Below, one piece after another: positions 26,111 through 39,107 of a DNA stretch of 64,000 nucleotides. Below the pieces are notes generated by a model. The model was not told where the DNA came from, searched no databases, and saw nothing but the letters and a program-made list of their open reading frames with translations. Position 1 is the first letter of the stretch. The number at the start of each line of letters is the position of its first letter. This stretch comes from Octopus sinensis (taxonomy: Eukaryota): NCBI RefSeq assembly GCF_006345805.1, contig NC_043016.1, positions 9,858,001 to 9,922,000 on the forward strand, read 5' to 3'. The translations under genes were made by a program, and so were the position numbers.

Positions 26111-27555
26111 ATCTAGGAACCATTGTTTCAATAAGAACTGGTAAACAGCTTTGGCAATATATCTTTTGCAGATATATTTGTCAACATTTTTACAGACACT
26201 TTTTTTCTTTTTGAGGTGTGGGCTGTGACATAAGATAAGATGGTTGGAACCATGTAAAAATACAAAGCCTACAAAGATGGGAGCTCCATATGTTGTATCA
26301 TAAGATATCTGTCCATGAGGATCGTAACACCAGATAAGAACTGACATTAGGTGCTAGGAAGCCTTATGTTTTATCACAAACTGCCTCTCTAGTGCTGGTA
26401 ACATGATAAAATGCTCCCAGTTCATACTATAAGACTTAAATTACGTCAGCTATTGTTTCACATATGTTATTGACTAAGTCCATTATCAAAATCATCCCAC
26501 TGCATTCATTTCGTCTGAGACGACAAATAGTTTTCCTCTGAGTGGTTGTAAGCACTTTCATTTTTAGCTAAGTCCACAACTTTTTCAAATTTCATTTGGA
26601 ATGAAAAGTGATGGTTGAGAAGGATGGTGAAACCCTCTACTAAACCTGTTGAAAAGAGAGTGAGAGTGGCAAGAATTGCTGAAGTGTATGGGTCTATTAA
26701 CAGAATGTACATGTGGGCTAGAAAATAGAGCTGGGACAGGGTCTTTATTCACCCTTAATCAGGGTAAAACTGGATTTGGTGGTGGGGTTCTTTGATTGGT
26801 CCTTGATACTTTCATTTTCAAACTTTACCATATTCTACATATTGTGTGTATTTTCACTATTTCATTAAATTTCTATGCAGTCTAACCATAGAAAGTCCTT
26901 TCATCTGCTTGGCAGAACAGAGCCTTTGCCAAAATCATCATCATATTCTGTAGAATTTTAGTTATGGTCATTTATGTTCTGAGTTCAAATCCAGCTACAG
27001 TCAAATTTGTTTTACATCCTTCCAGAGTCAATAAAATAAAAGTACCGATCACATAAAAAGACTAGTATGTATAATTGACTGTTCCTTCATTCCTGAAACT
27101 TTTACCTTTGTACATATTTTAGAAATTATAATCATTACTAATCATTATTGAATTGACATAATCGTTAGCACCTCGGACAAAATGTTTAGTGGCAGATAAG
27201 TTCCACTAGGACCTGCTGTATGCCAGTCAACATGATATAACACTCCTATAAATTCCAGCTAGATTCCAGGGATCCAAGAGTTGAAGATGGAAGTGGTTCA
27301 TGGTGTATATGCCACATTAATCATTTTCCCCAGTGTCTCATTGGTTGTTTTTGTCATTTTCGTAATCACTTCACTTAATTAACTATTTCCTCATTATTTA
27401 TAAAATGAGTAATCAATATTTTTTTCCTCGTTTTTTGTTATAAACTTTTTTTTTCATGTATTTGTTCATGTGATGAACGTGATGCACCAGACTTAGGAAT
27501 TTGTCTTTTTGTATACTTTGACACAGAACCAATATAAATAATTGCCATCATGTTG

Positions 27556-27595
<40 letters not shown>

Positions 27596-27619
27596 TTCGT
27601 AATAATAATAATAATTGTT

Positions 27620-28045
27620 TCAAATTTTGCCATAAGGGTACCAATTTTGTGGGAGGAGATAAGTCAATTACATTGACCCCAGTAGTTCACAGGTTCTTAA
27701 TTTACTGACCCTGAAAGAATGAAAGACAGTCGACCTCAACAGAATTTGAACACATATCGTAGCAACAGATGAAATACTGCTAGGCATTTCACCCGGCATG
27801 CTAACGATTCTGCCAGCTTGCCGCCTTAAAAATAATGGCTTCAAATTTTGCCACAAGGGTAGCAATTTGGGGGGAGGGGATGAGTCGATTACATCAACCC
27901 CAGTGTTAAACTGGTACTTATTTTATTGACCCTGAAAGGATGAAAGGTAGTCGATCTCAGCAAATTTGAACTCAGCATTTCGCCCATTGCTACATTCTAA
28001 GTATTTCATCCAGTGTGCTAACGATTCTGCCAGCTCGCCATCTTA
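27620..28045 (-). mobile_element. Two adjacent SINE B-variant copies
   Basis: Both contain tgaccctgaaag(a/g)atgaaag...gaac(a/t)ca...ctaacgattctgccagct. Confidence 0.7.
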
Positions 28046-28896
28046 ATAGTAAATTTAATTAACAATAATATTATCATTTATTAAGTAACAAAGACCAGTC
28101 ATGTGTTTATTCTGTTAATAACCAGCTGCTGGAGTTACATAACCTGAATCTAATAATTACTAATAAACAGTGTGGAATTCATGTTAATTGCTGGAAACAG
28201 TGAAGCACCAAACTAAATATCCTTCCTTCCTGTTTTTTTGATCGTGTGCTCAATGGGACATTCCTTAATGGTGTCACAAGATTTTGCCATTTCTGTCTTT
28301 TGCTGCCAACCCCACACTGGGCTTAGCCCACCAGCTGAAGTGGGGTTCCAAGGTATGGTGCTAGGAGCCATTGAGTCAAGACCGGTGGTTCCTCTCCTCC
28401 TGACTATTCTTGGCAAGGTGCAACTGTCAGGTACCAAAGGAACCACCTCTGTGAGTCAGGGAAATTGAGACTTGTCCACTCTTTAGTGCTAACCCGAGGA
28501 ATGATTGTTCCAGGATGGGTTCTGGTCAAGTTGTCATCATCATGAATCTATTGTGGGTACATTAGCTTGGCATGGTCCATTCTTCTCCGAGCTATTAACA
28601 CAAATGTATTCCTCTACTTGAGACACACCTTGGCCCTGAACATTAGGCTGTTAACCTAAGCAGGACCCTCTGCCCTAGCTGCTAACTCCTTGAGAAAACA
28701 TCTTTAGTCTTTTGCAATGTTTACACCACCATCCCCACACTTGGTTTAACCCACCAGCTGAAGTGGGATTCCAGGGTATTGTGCTAGGGGCCATTGAGAC
28801 AAGACCAGTGATTCCTCGCCTCTTGTACCAAAGGAACCACCTCTATTCAGAGCCCCCTACACTCCAGACTAAATATAAGCCTAATTATCACCTTTA

Positions 28897-29260
28897 GGTG
28901 AAAGCACATGGCCTAGCGGTTAGGGTGTTGCATTCACAATTGCAAAGTCATTGTTTTGGTTCCCACGCTGGTGGTGTGTTGTGTTCTTGAGCAAGACACT
29001 TCATTTTTCATTGCTCCAGTCTACTTAGCTGTCAATGGATTACCTTGCAATAAACTGGCACTCTGTTCAGGAGGAATGTTGGTCTGTGATCACTTTGACA
29101 CCTGATGCGTAGTACACAATGCACCTGTGCAGACAATTTGATGGAGTGAGGTGAACTAATGTACAGCACATACATTTAATCACTATAAACAAATCATTTG
29201 CACAGGTCCTTCGGCAAAAGCTGAACACTCATACATTATCTTCAATGGGAGTCCATCATA
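28897..29260 (+). mobile_element. SINE family D-related copy
   Basis: tggcctagcggttagggtgttgc...ttgtgttcttgagcaagacacttcattt. Confidence 0.65.
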
Positions 29261-29272
29261 TATTCACATTTA

Positions 29273-29450
29273 CTGTATTTTAATGTGTATAAGGAACCCT
29301 CGTGTATAAGGAATCCCCTAATTATGGGGGCTTAAAAAAGAGATTTAAGGTTTTGTAAGGGATTATAATACTATCCATGTATAAAAAAACTCCCATATTT
29401 TTTAACCTAATTTTTGACAAAAAGGGTTCCTTATCCATGTTAAAATACGG
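29273..29450. mobile_element. Tc1/mariner (Tc2-like) MITE
   Basis: TA|ctgtattttaatgtgtataaggaaccc ... gggttccttatccatgttaaaatacgg|TA: imperfect TIRs of about 27 bp and a TA TSD. Confidence 0.8.
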
Positions 29451-30124
29451 TATATGATATATCTACACATGTATTATGTGAAGGCAAATGGCCTGGTGGT
29501 TTACGTATTTTACTCATCATTGCAAGATTGTGGTTTCTATTCTTAGATCAGACAGTGCATTGTGCTCTTGAGCAAAACTCTTCATTTCATATTGCTGCTA
29601 TTTTCTCAGCTGTAAAATGCAGTAACCCTACAACAAAGTGGCTTCCTGTTCAGGTAGGGGAAATGTTGGGATCTCTGTCACTTATATTCCATGGAAAGTG
29701 GGTAACTGGACCTATAAACCCTAGGACTTGAGACAGTAATGTCTATTAAATCCACTCACATGATTTTGGTTGGTCTTGGGGCTACAGAAGAAGGCATTTG
29801 TTCTTACTGCTTCGCAATAAGTGTAATCCTGATACCACAGAATTCTTTGCCATGCAGCCATATCCATGCCTGTACTTATATATTTTAGGAAAGTTTTAAA
29901 ATAAATAAATATCAGTGAAATATCTGATTTCTTTTACACTCACTTAAGCCACTACATTTTCAAGTCAGTGCAGTGAAATTCTATCTTTGACCAGGTCACA
30001 GTGATATTTCTAAAATTTGACACTTCATGAAGTAAACAAAAAGTTAACATAATGTAAGGTGAAAGTAGTGTTTGAGGACACATTTGGTAATAATTTACTC
30101 TGATCAGCTAAAAACAAATGTACC

Positions 30125-30392
30125 ATCAACATCATCATTTAATGTCTGCTTTCCATGCTAGCATGGGTTGGACGATTTAACTGAGGAGTGGCAAGCCAGA
30201 TGGCTGCACCAGGCTTCAGTCTTGATCTAGCAGTTTCTACAGCTGGATGCCCTTCCTAATGCCAACCACTCCGAGAGTGTAGTGGGTGCTTTTACGTGCC
30301 AGTCAGGCAGTACTGGCAACGACCTCGCTCGAATGTTTTTTCACGTGCCACTGGCATAAGTGCCACCGGCATAAGTGCCAGTAAGGCGACAA
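30125..30392 (-). mobile_element. RTE-type 3' tail element (family C)
   Basis: catcatcatttaatgtctgctttccatgctagcatgggttgg...ggatgcccttcctaatgccaaccac. Confidence 0.75.
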
Positions 30393-30399
30393 TATTAAT

Positions 30400-31541
30400 A
30401 TAAAATTATGCACATGTTCATGATAAGCTTTCTTGTAAGATAATTATTTCTGAATCCACTTTCAGCTGAGATGAGTGTTTCAATATAGAACTGGAATCGT
30501 TGACATGCCTGCAATAAATTGTCCTTATTAATTTTGAACATCACCTGGACAGTGGTGCTTGTCAGTGGACCTATGGCATTGTGAAAAATCAATTAGTGTC
30601 CTTTTCAACAACACCCCAAATATAGTAGTTGATTGGATTTAGATCTGTTGAATCTGGTGGCCACATATTTGGTGTTACATGATCATGAAAATTGTCTAAA
30701 GTCCATTCTTGGGTGACGTGGACTTTGTGAGAAGGGGTTGAGTATTGTTGAAACATGTGACCTTTTGCTGTGCACTTCATCCATCCAGTGTCTCCATCAA
30801 TTCTAAAACCTTATGGAAAGATGTTAGATGGCATAATATGACCTCTGTTCCTCACTACTCCTAAAACCATCACAGTTGCTGGAAACTTAATGTGCATCAC
30901 TTTGGGTGACGGTGGGGTGGGGGCAGGGACACACCAGAAGGATCTGCACAAAATCTTTTATTTCCTGTTAGACTTTTGGTCTTGGTTGAAGATTTTTCAT
31001 CGGGGAAGAACCAAAGCAAGCCCTGAACAAACAATTTAAGCACAGATCAGTTTTCCTGTGTCTTTGGGGACATGAATTGACCCCTCCTCGGTATATACAA
31101 CTTGTATCAAATATCCCCTTGCACCATAGTTCTAATAATCTATTCTGAAACTTGAAGTTCTTTGGCAAAGTCCCTCTTTGATTTTCCAGGATTTTCATTC
31201 ATGTTTGAGTTTTTTGGATGAATTATGGTGTCCTTTTAGTGTCTGAACATTTTATTTTATTTTTTTTTTTTTACTAGTCTTTGACACAGTTCAGACATTC
31301 CTGCCAGACTCTTCCAGTTCTATCTGAACTTGTGTACAAAAGATCTTGTATCATTTAGAAAATTCTCAGTTTCTAATTCGCTGTGTTCTGCACATACAGC
31401 TACTATGAGTGCATGTCTTTTCATATCTCATATAAGCATTTTATCTGCCACTGGGGAATCCTAAAGATATAATATTTCACTTGGTTAGTATATTAGTAAT
31501 ATACTGCTTATTAAATGTTCTCAAATATCTCTTACATCTTG
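30400..31541 (-). pseudogene. Decayed Tc1/mariner (DD37D/maT-like) transposase element
   Basis: Minus-strand peptides MFQQYSTPSH...NMWPPDSTDLNPINYYIWGVVEKDTN and QACQRFQFYIETLISAESGF; TIR-like end caagatgtaagag next to TA at about 31541. Confidence 0.8.
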
Positions 31542-31819
31542 TATTTTTTTTTGTTCTTGTTTGTGACTCAAAATGACATTTCTATGTAATTGCTTCAGTT
31601 TCAACACATAGTTACAAGTCAACCCCTATGCATTTAAACTGGTCATACCCAGCCCAAATATTTTACTTATATTATTTTCAAACCAACCATATCTGGTCTC
31701 TCACACCTACCCTACAGTGTCATTCTAAAAATGAACAAGCGCATCAATGAAATCTCAAGACTAATTCAAAATAACGAATAAATAAGCATTACATTTGACA
31801 GAATGACTGAAACAAATGA

Positions 31820-32225
31820 AAGGAGTGGCTGTGTGGTAAGTAGCTTGCTTACCAACCACATGGTTCCGGGTTCAGTCCCATTACGTGGCATCTTGGGCAA
31901 GTGTCTTCTACTATAGCCTCAAGCCGACCAATGCCTTGTGAGTGGATTTGGTAGACGGAAACTGAAAGAAGCCTGTCGTATATATGTATATATATAAATA
32001 TGTGTGTCTGTGTGTATATTTGTGTCTGTGTTTGTCCCCCTAGCATTGCTTGACAACCAATGCTGGTGTGTTTACGTCCCCGTCACTTAGCGGTTTGGCA
32101 AAAAAGACCGATAGAATAAGTACTGGGCTTACAAAGAATAAGTCCCAGGGTCGATTTGCTCGACTAAAGGCGGTGCTCCAGCATGGCCACAGTCAAATGA
32201 CTGAAACTAGTAAAAGAATAAAGAG
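31820..32225 (+). mobile_element. SINE family A, full length
   Basis: A and B boxes, body and tail as above. Confidence 0.9.
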
Positions 32226-32854
32226 AGAGTATATATATATGTATAATATGCAGAAGATTGTAGGATGTGATTTGATGGCATATTGGCTGCTATTTCTAAC
32301 AAGTCAGGCTACCATAAAGAGGCTCCCTGTTGCCTCTTCCCCATGTGTGTTGCTTTGATGATGGTGATTGTTGTGGGAATGAAGCAACCACAGTGAACCA
32401 ACTGAGAAGGAACCAACAAAAATGATAAAAACTGAATTCAAGCACAGAGGAGTGTGTATGTGTTATTGTTTAGACTTGGCACATCAAAGAATTGCCAATG
32501 TTATTGCTTGTGTTACAAGGGTTAGTCATCAGCTACTAACCAGCCTTTGGTCAGGGACTTGCTGTCACCATCCACCATCTACCCTGTTACTTCTGTGTAA
32601 AGGGAATGGTGAGAGACTAACTAATGTTTCCTCCATTCTAACTGGCACAGTAAGCCAGCCAGTGAACCAGCCTGCCTGCCTGCCTGTCAGCCAGTGAACC
32701 AACCTGCCACCAAACAAAAACTAAGTCAAGCCAGAAACAAAGCAGAGCTATTAACCCAATTTGCAATCTTTCCAAGAACCAAACCACGTTAACCATAAAA
32801 ATATGAATAGCAAGCAGCTTATTTTACATGATGATTCTCAAAATAAATATACAA

Positions 32855-33200
32855 TGTCCCACTGCGTGGCATCTTGGGCAAGTGTCTTCTGCTATAGCCC
32901 CGGGTTGACCAAAGCCTTGTGAGTGGATTTGGTAGACGGAAACTGAAAGAAGCCTGTTGGATATATGTATATATATATGTATGTGTGTGTGTTTGTGTGT
33001 CTGTGTTTGTTCCCCTAGCATTGCTTGACAACCGGTGCTGGTGTGTTTACATTCTCGTAACTTAGTAGTTCGGCAAAAGGGTCTGATAGATAAGTTTTAG
33101 GCTTAAAAAAGAAGAAATAGAAAGTCCTGGGGTTGCTACAGCTGACTAAAGTTTCTCCAAGGCCATGCCATTTCATGGCTGTAGTCCGATTGTAACAAGT
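32855..33200 (+). mobile_element. SINE family A, 5'-truncated
   Basis: Starts at gtcccactgcgtggcatcttgggc. Confidence 0.8.
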
Positions 33201-33241
33201 AAAAGATATATATATATATATATATAATATATTATATATAT

Positions 33242-33277
<36 letters not shown>

Positions 33278-34079
33278 AAATTCTTTTTGGGAATGTAAAT
33301 ATTAGGTACTTCAAGATCCAAATTCCAAAATGAATTCCATATTCTCTCAAAAGGTTATAAATTCTTGTGTGAACCCTTTTGTTTACAGATGCACACTCAG
33401 AATTGGTCCTTTCACACTGGCCATTCTTCCAATAGTCACCCACATTTCAGCAAACTTGCTACAAGGCAACACTTCCCTCTCTATGTTTCAACTTCCTATT
33501 CAAGTGAAACTTGAAAAAGTTGATGAGGGCTTGGCCAAAAAGGAAAGGTAGTAATAATAATAATAATGATAGGCAAAAGTAATAATTGTTATAGTATTTT
33601 TCATGTCATGCAAAGCATCTTGTTTTGAATATCCTTGTATATAATAAATAGACATAGAATTTACATAAGCCACAAGTATTGAGAATACTTCAAATTTTTT
33701 CTGAAAAATAGTTTTACATGCCAGAGTTTGTTCATAGACAAATCCTGTATCTATAAGCATTTGTTTATAAACAAACTTTGTTTTTGAATATTCAATTGAT
33801 GCAACTGGAACGTCCTTTATAATCGTTATCACTTTTTTTTTCTTTTTTATAAACAAATATTGCAAGTATGATATAGACGTAACATGTAACTAGATTCATG
33901 TAGGATTAGGAAATTCCTGGAATTAATACATTGACGCATTCAAAATGCTGTCATATCCCTGGAAACTAATTGTGCGATTATTAAATATTTGGAATCTTGC
34001 TTCTGTGAACATATAATCTCCCTCCTTCTCTTTCTCCCCTTTCTCTCTCTCCCTCCTCCCTCTCTCTCCATGTATATAC

Positions 34080-34815
34080 ATGCAGGTGTGGCTGTGTGGT
34101 AAGAAGCTTGCTTCCCAACCACATGGTTTTGGTTTCAGTCCCACTGCATGGTACCTTAGGCAAGTGTCTTCTACTATAGCTTTGGGCCAACAAAAGCCTT
34201 GTGAGTGGATTTGGTCGATGGAAACTGAAAGAAGCCCGTCCTATATGCGTGTGTGTATCTTTGTCCCTGTGCTTGTCTCCCCACAACTGCTTGACAACCA
34301 GTGTTGGTGTGTTTATGTCCCCATAACTTAGCAGTTTGGTAAATGAGATTAATAGAAAGGGGATCCAGTCTAAAAAAGTCAGTCTCAACAAATTCCACCT
34401 GAACTGTACAAGCACTGAAAAATGGTTGTTAAATGATGATCATTTACTGTCTGTTATCCATGCTGGAATGGGTTGGATGGTTTGACCAGAGCTGGCAAGC
34501 TGGAAGGCTGTATCAGACTCCGGTCTCATTTGGCATGGTTTTCCATAGCTGGATGCTCTTCATATATTTGTTTTAGTCATCTGACTGCAGCCATGCTGGA
34601 GCATGGCCTTAAAGGGTTTTAGTTGAACACACACAACATATATATATATATATATATATATAGACGGGCTTCTTTCAGTTTCTGGTTTCCAAATCCACTC
34701 ACAAGGCTTTGGTTGGCCCAAGCCTATAGTAGACACTTGCCCAAGATGCCATACAATGGGACTGAACCTGGAACCATGTGGTTGGGAAGCAAGCTTCTTA
34801 CCACACAACCATGAC
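34080..34815. mobile_element. SINE A (+, about 34080-34345) and SINE A (-, about 34565-34815) with family C fragments between them
   Basis: Opposite-orientation heads tggctgtgtggtaagaagcttgcttcccaacc / ggttgggaagcaagcttcttaccacac. Confidence 0.75.
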
Positions 34816-35119
34816 ATAGTCATTTTTGTGTTAATCAAATTGCTAAGGTCTTAGTCACTAGTTCTCAGCCAAGGTCCAAAAGATCCCTTCAGGGTTCATC
34901 TAAGATTTTGCTAAAATTTATAATGCAATAACTGGTTGAGAAGCCCTTATCCACAGTTATTACTTTCCTTGGTGACTCAGGAATAGCTTGTATGTAATAT
35001 TTTTGTCCTGAATTCTATAGTTTGATCTTTCCTACCACTAATCACTTTGTTGTGTTCTGTATATAATTCATTACATACTTGAAGTTGTATCTTTGAGAAA
35101 ACTGAAAGATCTTCTAGAT

Positions 35120-35186
35120 CAGCTGTTTTCAAACTGTGGGTCATGAGATACATAAAATGGGTCATGACAAAGTTTGAAAAATGCTG
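35120..35186. mobile_element. Tiny hAT-like MITE
   Basis: cagctgttttcaaact ... agtttgaaaaatgctg; flanks ttctagat / tttgagat. Confidence 0.5.
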
Positions 35187-36265
35187 TTTGAGATCATATT
35201 GTTTCCAAATGCACACACTCACACACATACATGCACCATGATTGTGTCTATGTATTTCATACTTTTTTGTTTGTTTGGTGTGTGTGCTTATGTTTGCTGT
35301 GTGAGTGTTATGTGTTTGGTGTGTGTGTGCATTTGTTTTTTTTTTGTTTTTTTTTGGGGGGGGGGGTTGTGTGTGTATGTGTGAATATTGTTTTGTGAAA
35401 CAAGTTTGTTTACGTTCGTAATCTTTCATCTTTCATCAAAAACGCTAAAAAAAACTTTGTCTAAAAGAAAGAAATGTAATTCTTACATCCTTTCATGTTC
35501 AAAGAAACCAACTCCATTGATGGTGTAACACTCTAGTAATGCTACTTCTGTGATTGCTCTCACTCTACACTAACCTATTTAAGAAATAAACCCATTCTCG
35601 TTTATACATGTTCTGCTGCTACTGTTGTCATTGTTATTTAGCTATAGACTAGCCAAGACCGTACAGTCTTTTCTTTTTCTATATTATCTAGTATGTCCTT
35701 GCCTTTTTGTTAAAGACTATGTGATTTGAACGAGATTTGGCTGTTATTATTAGTAAGAGTACAATCATGTAAAACAAGCACCGGCAACCTTTTCCTGAGA
35801 ACTGGAGCACATCAGACATAATTATCAGGTGCGCTACACTACTGAATGCAGTCAAGATAATTTTTTTGTTAGGTATACCATTCAAAAAGTTTTGCAGTAT
35901 ATACGTTGCCCATTACTGATGATGAAGAAGCTTGAACCTGTGCACAAACTGACCACTTACTCTAGCCTCGGTATTCATTCTCACAGGCTAGGCCATCTTC
36001 CATAGATAATTCTGCATTTTGGACTCTCTTTGTGATCAATGTAGGTCAGATCTAATTTCAAACCAGTTTTCATTCTTCAGGTGAAAATTTTAGATATTTA
36101 AACAAGATTTTGGTGTGAGAGCTGTGTTACTGAACCGCTGCTATATTCCCAACCACCAACAATGAGTGTATGTGTACATACATGTATAATTGTGTGTCTG
36201 TGTGTCCTTGTTTAACATCCGCCTTCCATGCTAGCACGGGTTGGGTATGTATGTGTGTATATGTA

Positions 36266-37625
36266 CAGAGTGTGATGGGTAAATTGTTGCCATTTTATAT
36301 TTTTAATTTCATGTATGCACATTGTTTTGATTTTGTCAACTATAGGCGCAGGAGTGGCTGTGTGGTAAGTAGCTTGCTAACCAACCACATGGTTCCGGGT
36401 TCAGTCCCACTGCGTGGCATCTTGGGCATGTGTCTTCTGCTATAGCCCCGGGCCGACCAATGCCTTGTGAGTGGATTTGGTAGACGGAAACTGAAAGAAG
36501 CCTGTCGTATATATGTATATATATATATATGTTTGTGTGTGTGTTTGTCCCCCTAGCATTGCTTGACAACCGATGCTGGTTTGTTTACGTCCCCGTCACT
36601 TAGCGGTACGGCAAAAGAGACCGATAGAATAAGTACTGGGCTTACAAAGAATAAGTCCCAGGGTCGATTTGCTCGACTAAAGGCGGTGCTCCAGCATGGC
36701 CACAGTCAAATGACTGAAACAAGTAAAATAGAGTAAATAGTACACAGTACAGTAGGGTTAGTTAGGCACCATCTGTGAGAAAAACAGCACAATTGGTTCT
36801 GCCAGAAATTTGTAAACAGCATGTTGTACTGCTTGGCATTAGCACCGGAAGCTCCAATACGAACATTTTAGAGTGTTTGGGTGTCAATTTGAGAACAGTG
36901 CAGTGGATTCAGAAAGAGTTGGATGACTCTAATGGTGATTACGAAGGTACGTCAGCTCGGAAAACTTACTCTGATCATTCAGATAAGCAAAGAACTCCTG
37001 AATTTGTCGGGATTGTTGTCAATCATAACCTTGATTTCACCAAGTCAGTCAGGTCCATTGCCAGGGACATGGGAGTGCCAGAGTTTCTTATCAAGCAGGT
37101 AGTGCATGAAGACATTCGGTATTCCTCATGCAATATAAGAAAGGGCCAATTTTTATCCCATGCCATCAAGGACAAGAGGAAAAGCCATGCTACGAAGCTT
37201 TTAAACAAACTCGGGCATGCCTTCCAACCAAACATTCTTTGGTTTTTCTAAGACAAGAAAAATTTCTGCCAAGATCAGATGGTGAACACACAGATCAAGC
37301 ATTGATTTGCTGTGTCCCCAAAACATGTACCAAGGGTGATCAAAATCAAATATTCAGTCAACATCATGGTGTTTCGAGTGATCACTAGTGATGGTGACGT
37401 TATGCTTCCATTCATCTCCCCACATGACCTCACACTCAACACTCAGGTCTACATCAAGTGCCTGGAGGAGGTAGTGCTGCTCTGGGTCAAGAAGGTGGCT
37501 CCTGGAAGACCCTGTGTCTGGCAACAGGACTCTGACAGGTTCTCCTGCTTGTGTGGCATGATGCAAACAATTTCTGCAACCACACCACTCCTAACATCTG
37601 GCCACCTATCTCTCCAGACTGTAAA
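36266..37625 (+). pseudogene. Decayed Tc1/mariner (DD37D/maT-like) transposon, nearly full transposase, interrupted by SINE A
   Basis: TA|cagagtgtgatggg TIR; HTH-like LGVNLRTVQWI and SVRSIARDMGV; catalytic-region remnants WFF*DKKNF, MVFRVITSDG, VWQQDS, IWPPISPDC, with stops and frameshifts. Confidence 0.88.
36344..36738 (+). mobile_element. SINE family A, full length, young
   Basis: aggcgcaggagtggctgtgtggtaag...ggttcagtccc...caaatgactgaaacaagtaaaa. Confidence 0.92.
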
Positions 37626-37689
37626 GCTCTTGTGGGAGTGCTATGTAAATGCATCAACATGGTGCCACATCAAAGCGCCCGTGCAGTGC

Positions 37690-37885
37690 CATGTAGAAGC
37701 ACCCATGCTGCACCATATAAAAGCACTGAGCACACACTGTAAAGTGGTTGGTGTTAGGAAGGGCATCGAGCCATAAAAACCATAACAAATCAGATTGGAG
37801 TTTGTGCAGCTCCCCAGCTTGTCAGCTCTGGTCAAACTGTCCAATCCATGACAGCAAAGACAAAGGACATTAAATGATGATGATA
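37690..37885 (+). mobile_element. RTE-type 3' tail element (family C)
   Basis: gtggttggtgttaggaagggcatc...ggacattaaatgatgatgat. Confidence 0.7.
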
Positions 37886-38074
37886 TCATAATCCTTTCTA
37901 GAATAGGCTAATTACATGAAATTTTGTGAGTGGAGGGCTAAGTTTATTGAACCAACCCAACCCTTCCTCCAGTATGCAACTTGTGCTTATTTTATCAACT
38001 CTGAAAGGATGGAAGGCAAAGTTCACATCCAGGGTTCAAATTTTGCTGAGGTTAAGATGGACTATAAGATGGAC

Positions 38075-38516
38075 ATAGGCGGCAAGCTGGCAGAAATGTT
38101 AGCACGCTGGGCGAAATGCTTAGCAGTATTTCATCAGCTGCTATGTTCTAAGTTCAAATTCCGCCGAGGTCGACTTTGCTTTTCATCCTTTCGGGGTCGA
38201 TAAATTAAGTACCAGTTATGCACTGGGGTCGATATAATCGTCTTAATCCATTTGTCTGTCCTTGTTTGTCTTTATGTTTAGCCCCTTGTGGGTAGTAAAG
38301 AAATTGGTATTTTATCTGCCACTATGTTCTGAGTTCAAATTCTGCTGAGGTTGACTTTGCCTTTCATCCTTTCGGGGTCGATAAATTAAGTACCAGTTAC
38401 GCGCTGGAGTCTATGTAATCGTCTTAATCCCTTTGACTATCCTTGTATGTCCCCTCTGTGTTTATCCCCCTTTATGACGAACTCATTAAGGATGTTATGA
38501 AAAAGGTATGTATGTT

Positions 38517-38547
<31 letters not shown>

Positions 38548-38956
38548 TGCATGTTGTGCTCATGTCAAAATCGTAGGTTCAATTTCTGTATCGGGTGGCA
38601 AATTGTGTCTTGAGCAAAGTACTTTGTGTCACATTAGTCCAGTTTACTCAACTCAAAGAAGAGTTTATCCCCCTTGTGGGTAGTAAAGAAATAGGTATTT
38701 TGTCTGCTGCTACATTCTAAGTTCAAATTCTACCGAGGTCGACTTTGCCTTTCATCCTTTTGGGGTCGATAAATTAAGCACCAGTTATGCACTGGGGGGT
38801 CAATGTAATCGACTTAATCCCTTTGACTGTCCTTGTATGTCCCCTCTGTGTTTAGCCCCCTTGTGGGTAGTAAAGAAATAGGTATTTTGTCTGCTGCTAC
38901 ATTCTAAGTTCAAATTCCCCTCTATGTTTAGCCCCTTGTGGGCAATAAAGAAATAA
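38075..38956 (+). mobile_element. Head-to-tail array of SINE B units
   Basis: One full head followed by repeated ggtatttt(a/g)tctg...gttcaaattc...gtaaagaaat units; interrupted by the exon-derived insert. Confidence 0.85.
38471..38666 (+). repeat. Duplicate of 39619-39810 (exon 3' end, splice donor and intron start)
   Basis: tttatgacgaactcattaaggatgttatgaaaaaggtatgt...caaagaagagttt; identical by eye except for two extra TA units. Confidence 0.95.
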
Positions 38957-39107
38957 GATGGACAATATGCTGCTTAGCATTTTGTCCAGCATGCTAACAT
39001 TTCTTCTGGTTTTAATGTGTGTATCATTGTCTGCTAGATTTTTTTTTAATTCAGGACAATTTTTATGCTTTTTTTTAATTCATTTCTTTTCTCTTTTTTC
39101 TTGCAAG

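Noticed and set aside
33330-33865. Non-repetitive ORFs 33330-33551 (+) and 33500-33865 (-)
   Set aside because: No recognisable domain or convincing splice-site pair.
36344-36420. tRNA genes at SINE heads (A and B boxes)
   Set aside because: No complete cloverleaf seen, and each is followed by a SINE body and tail.
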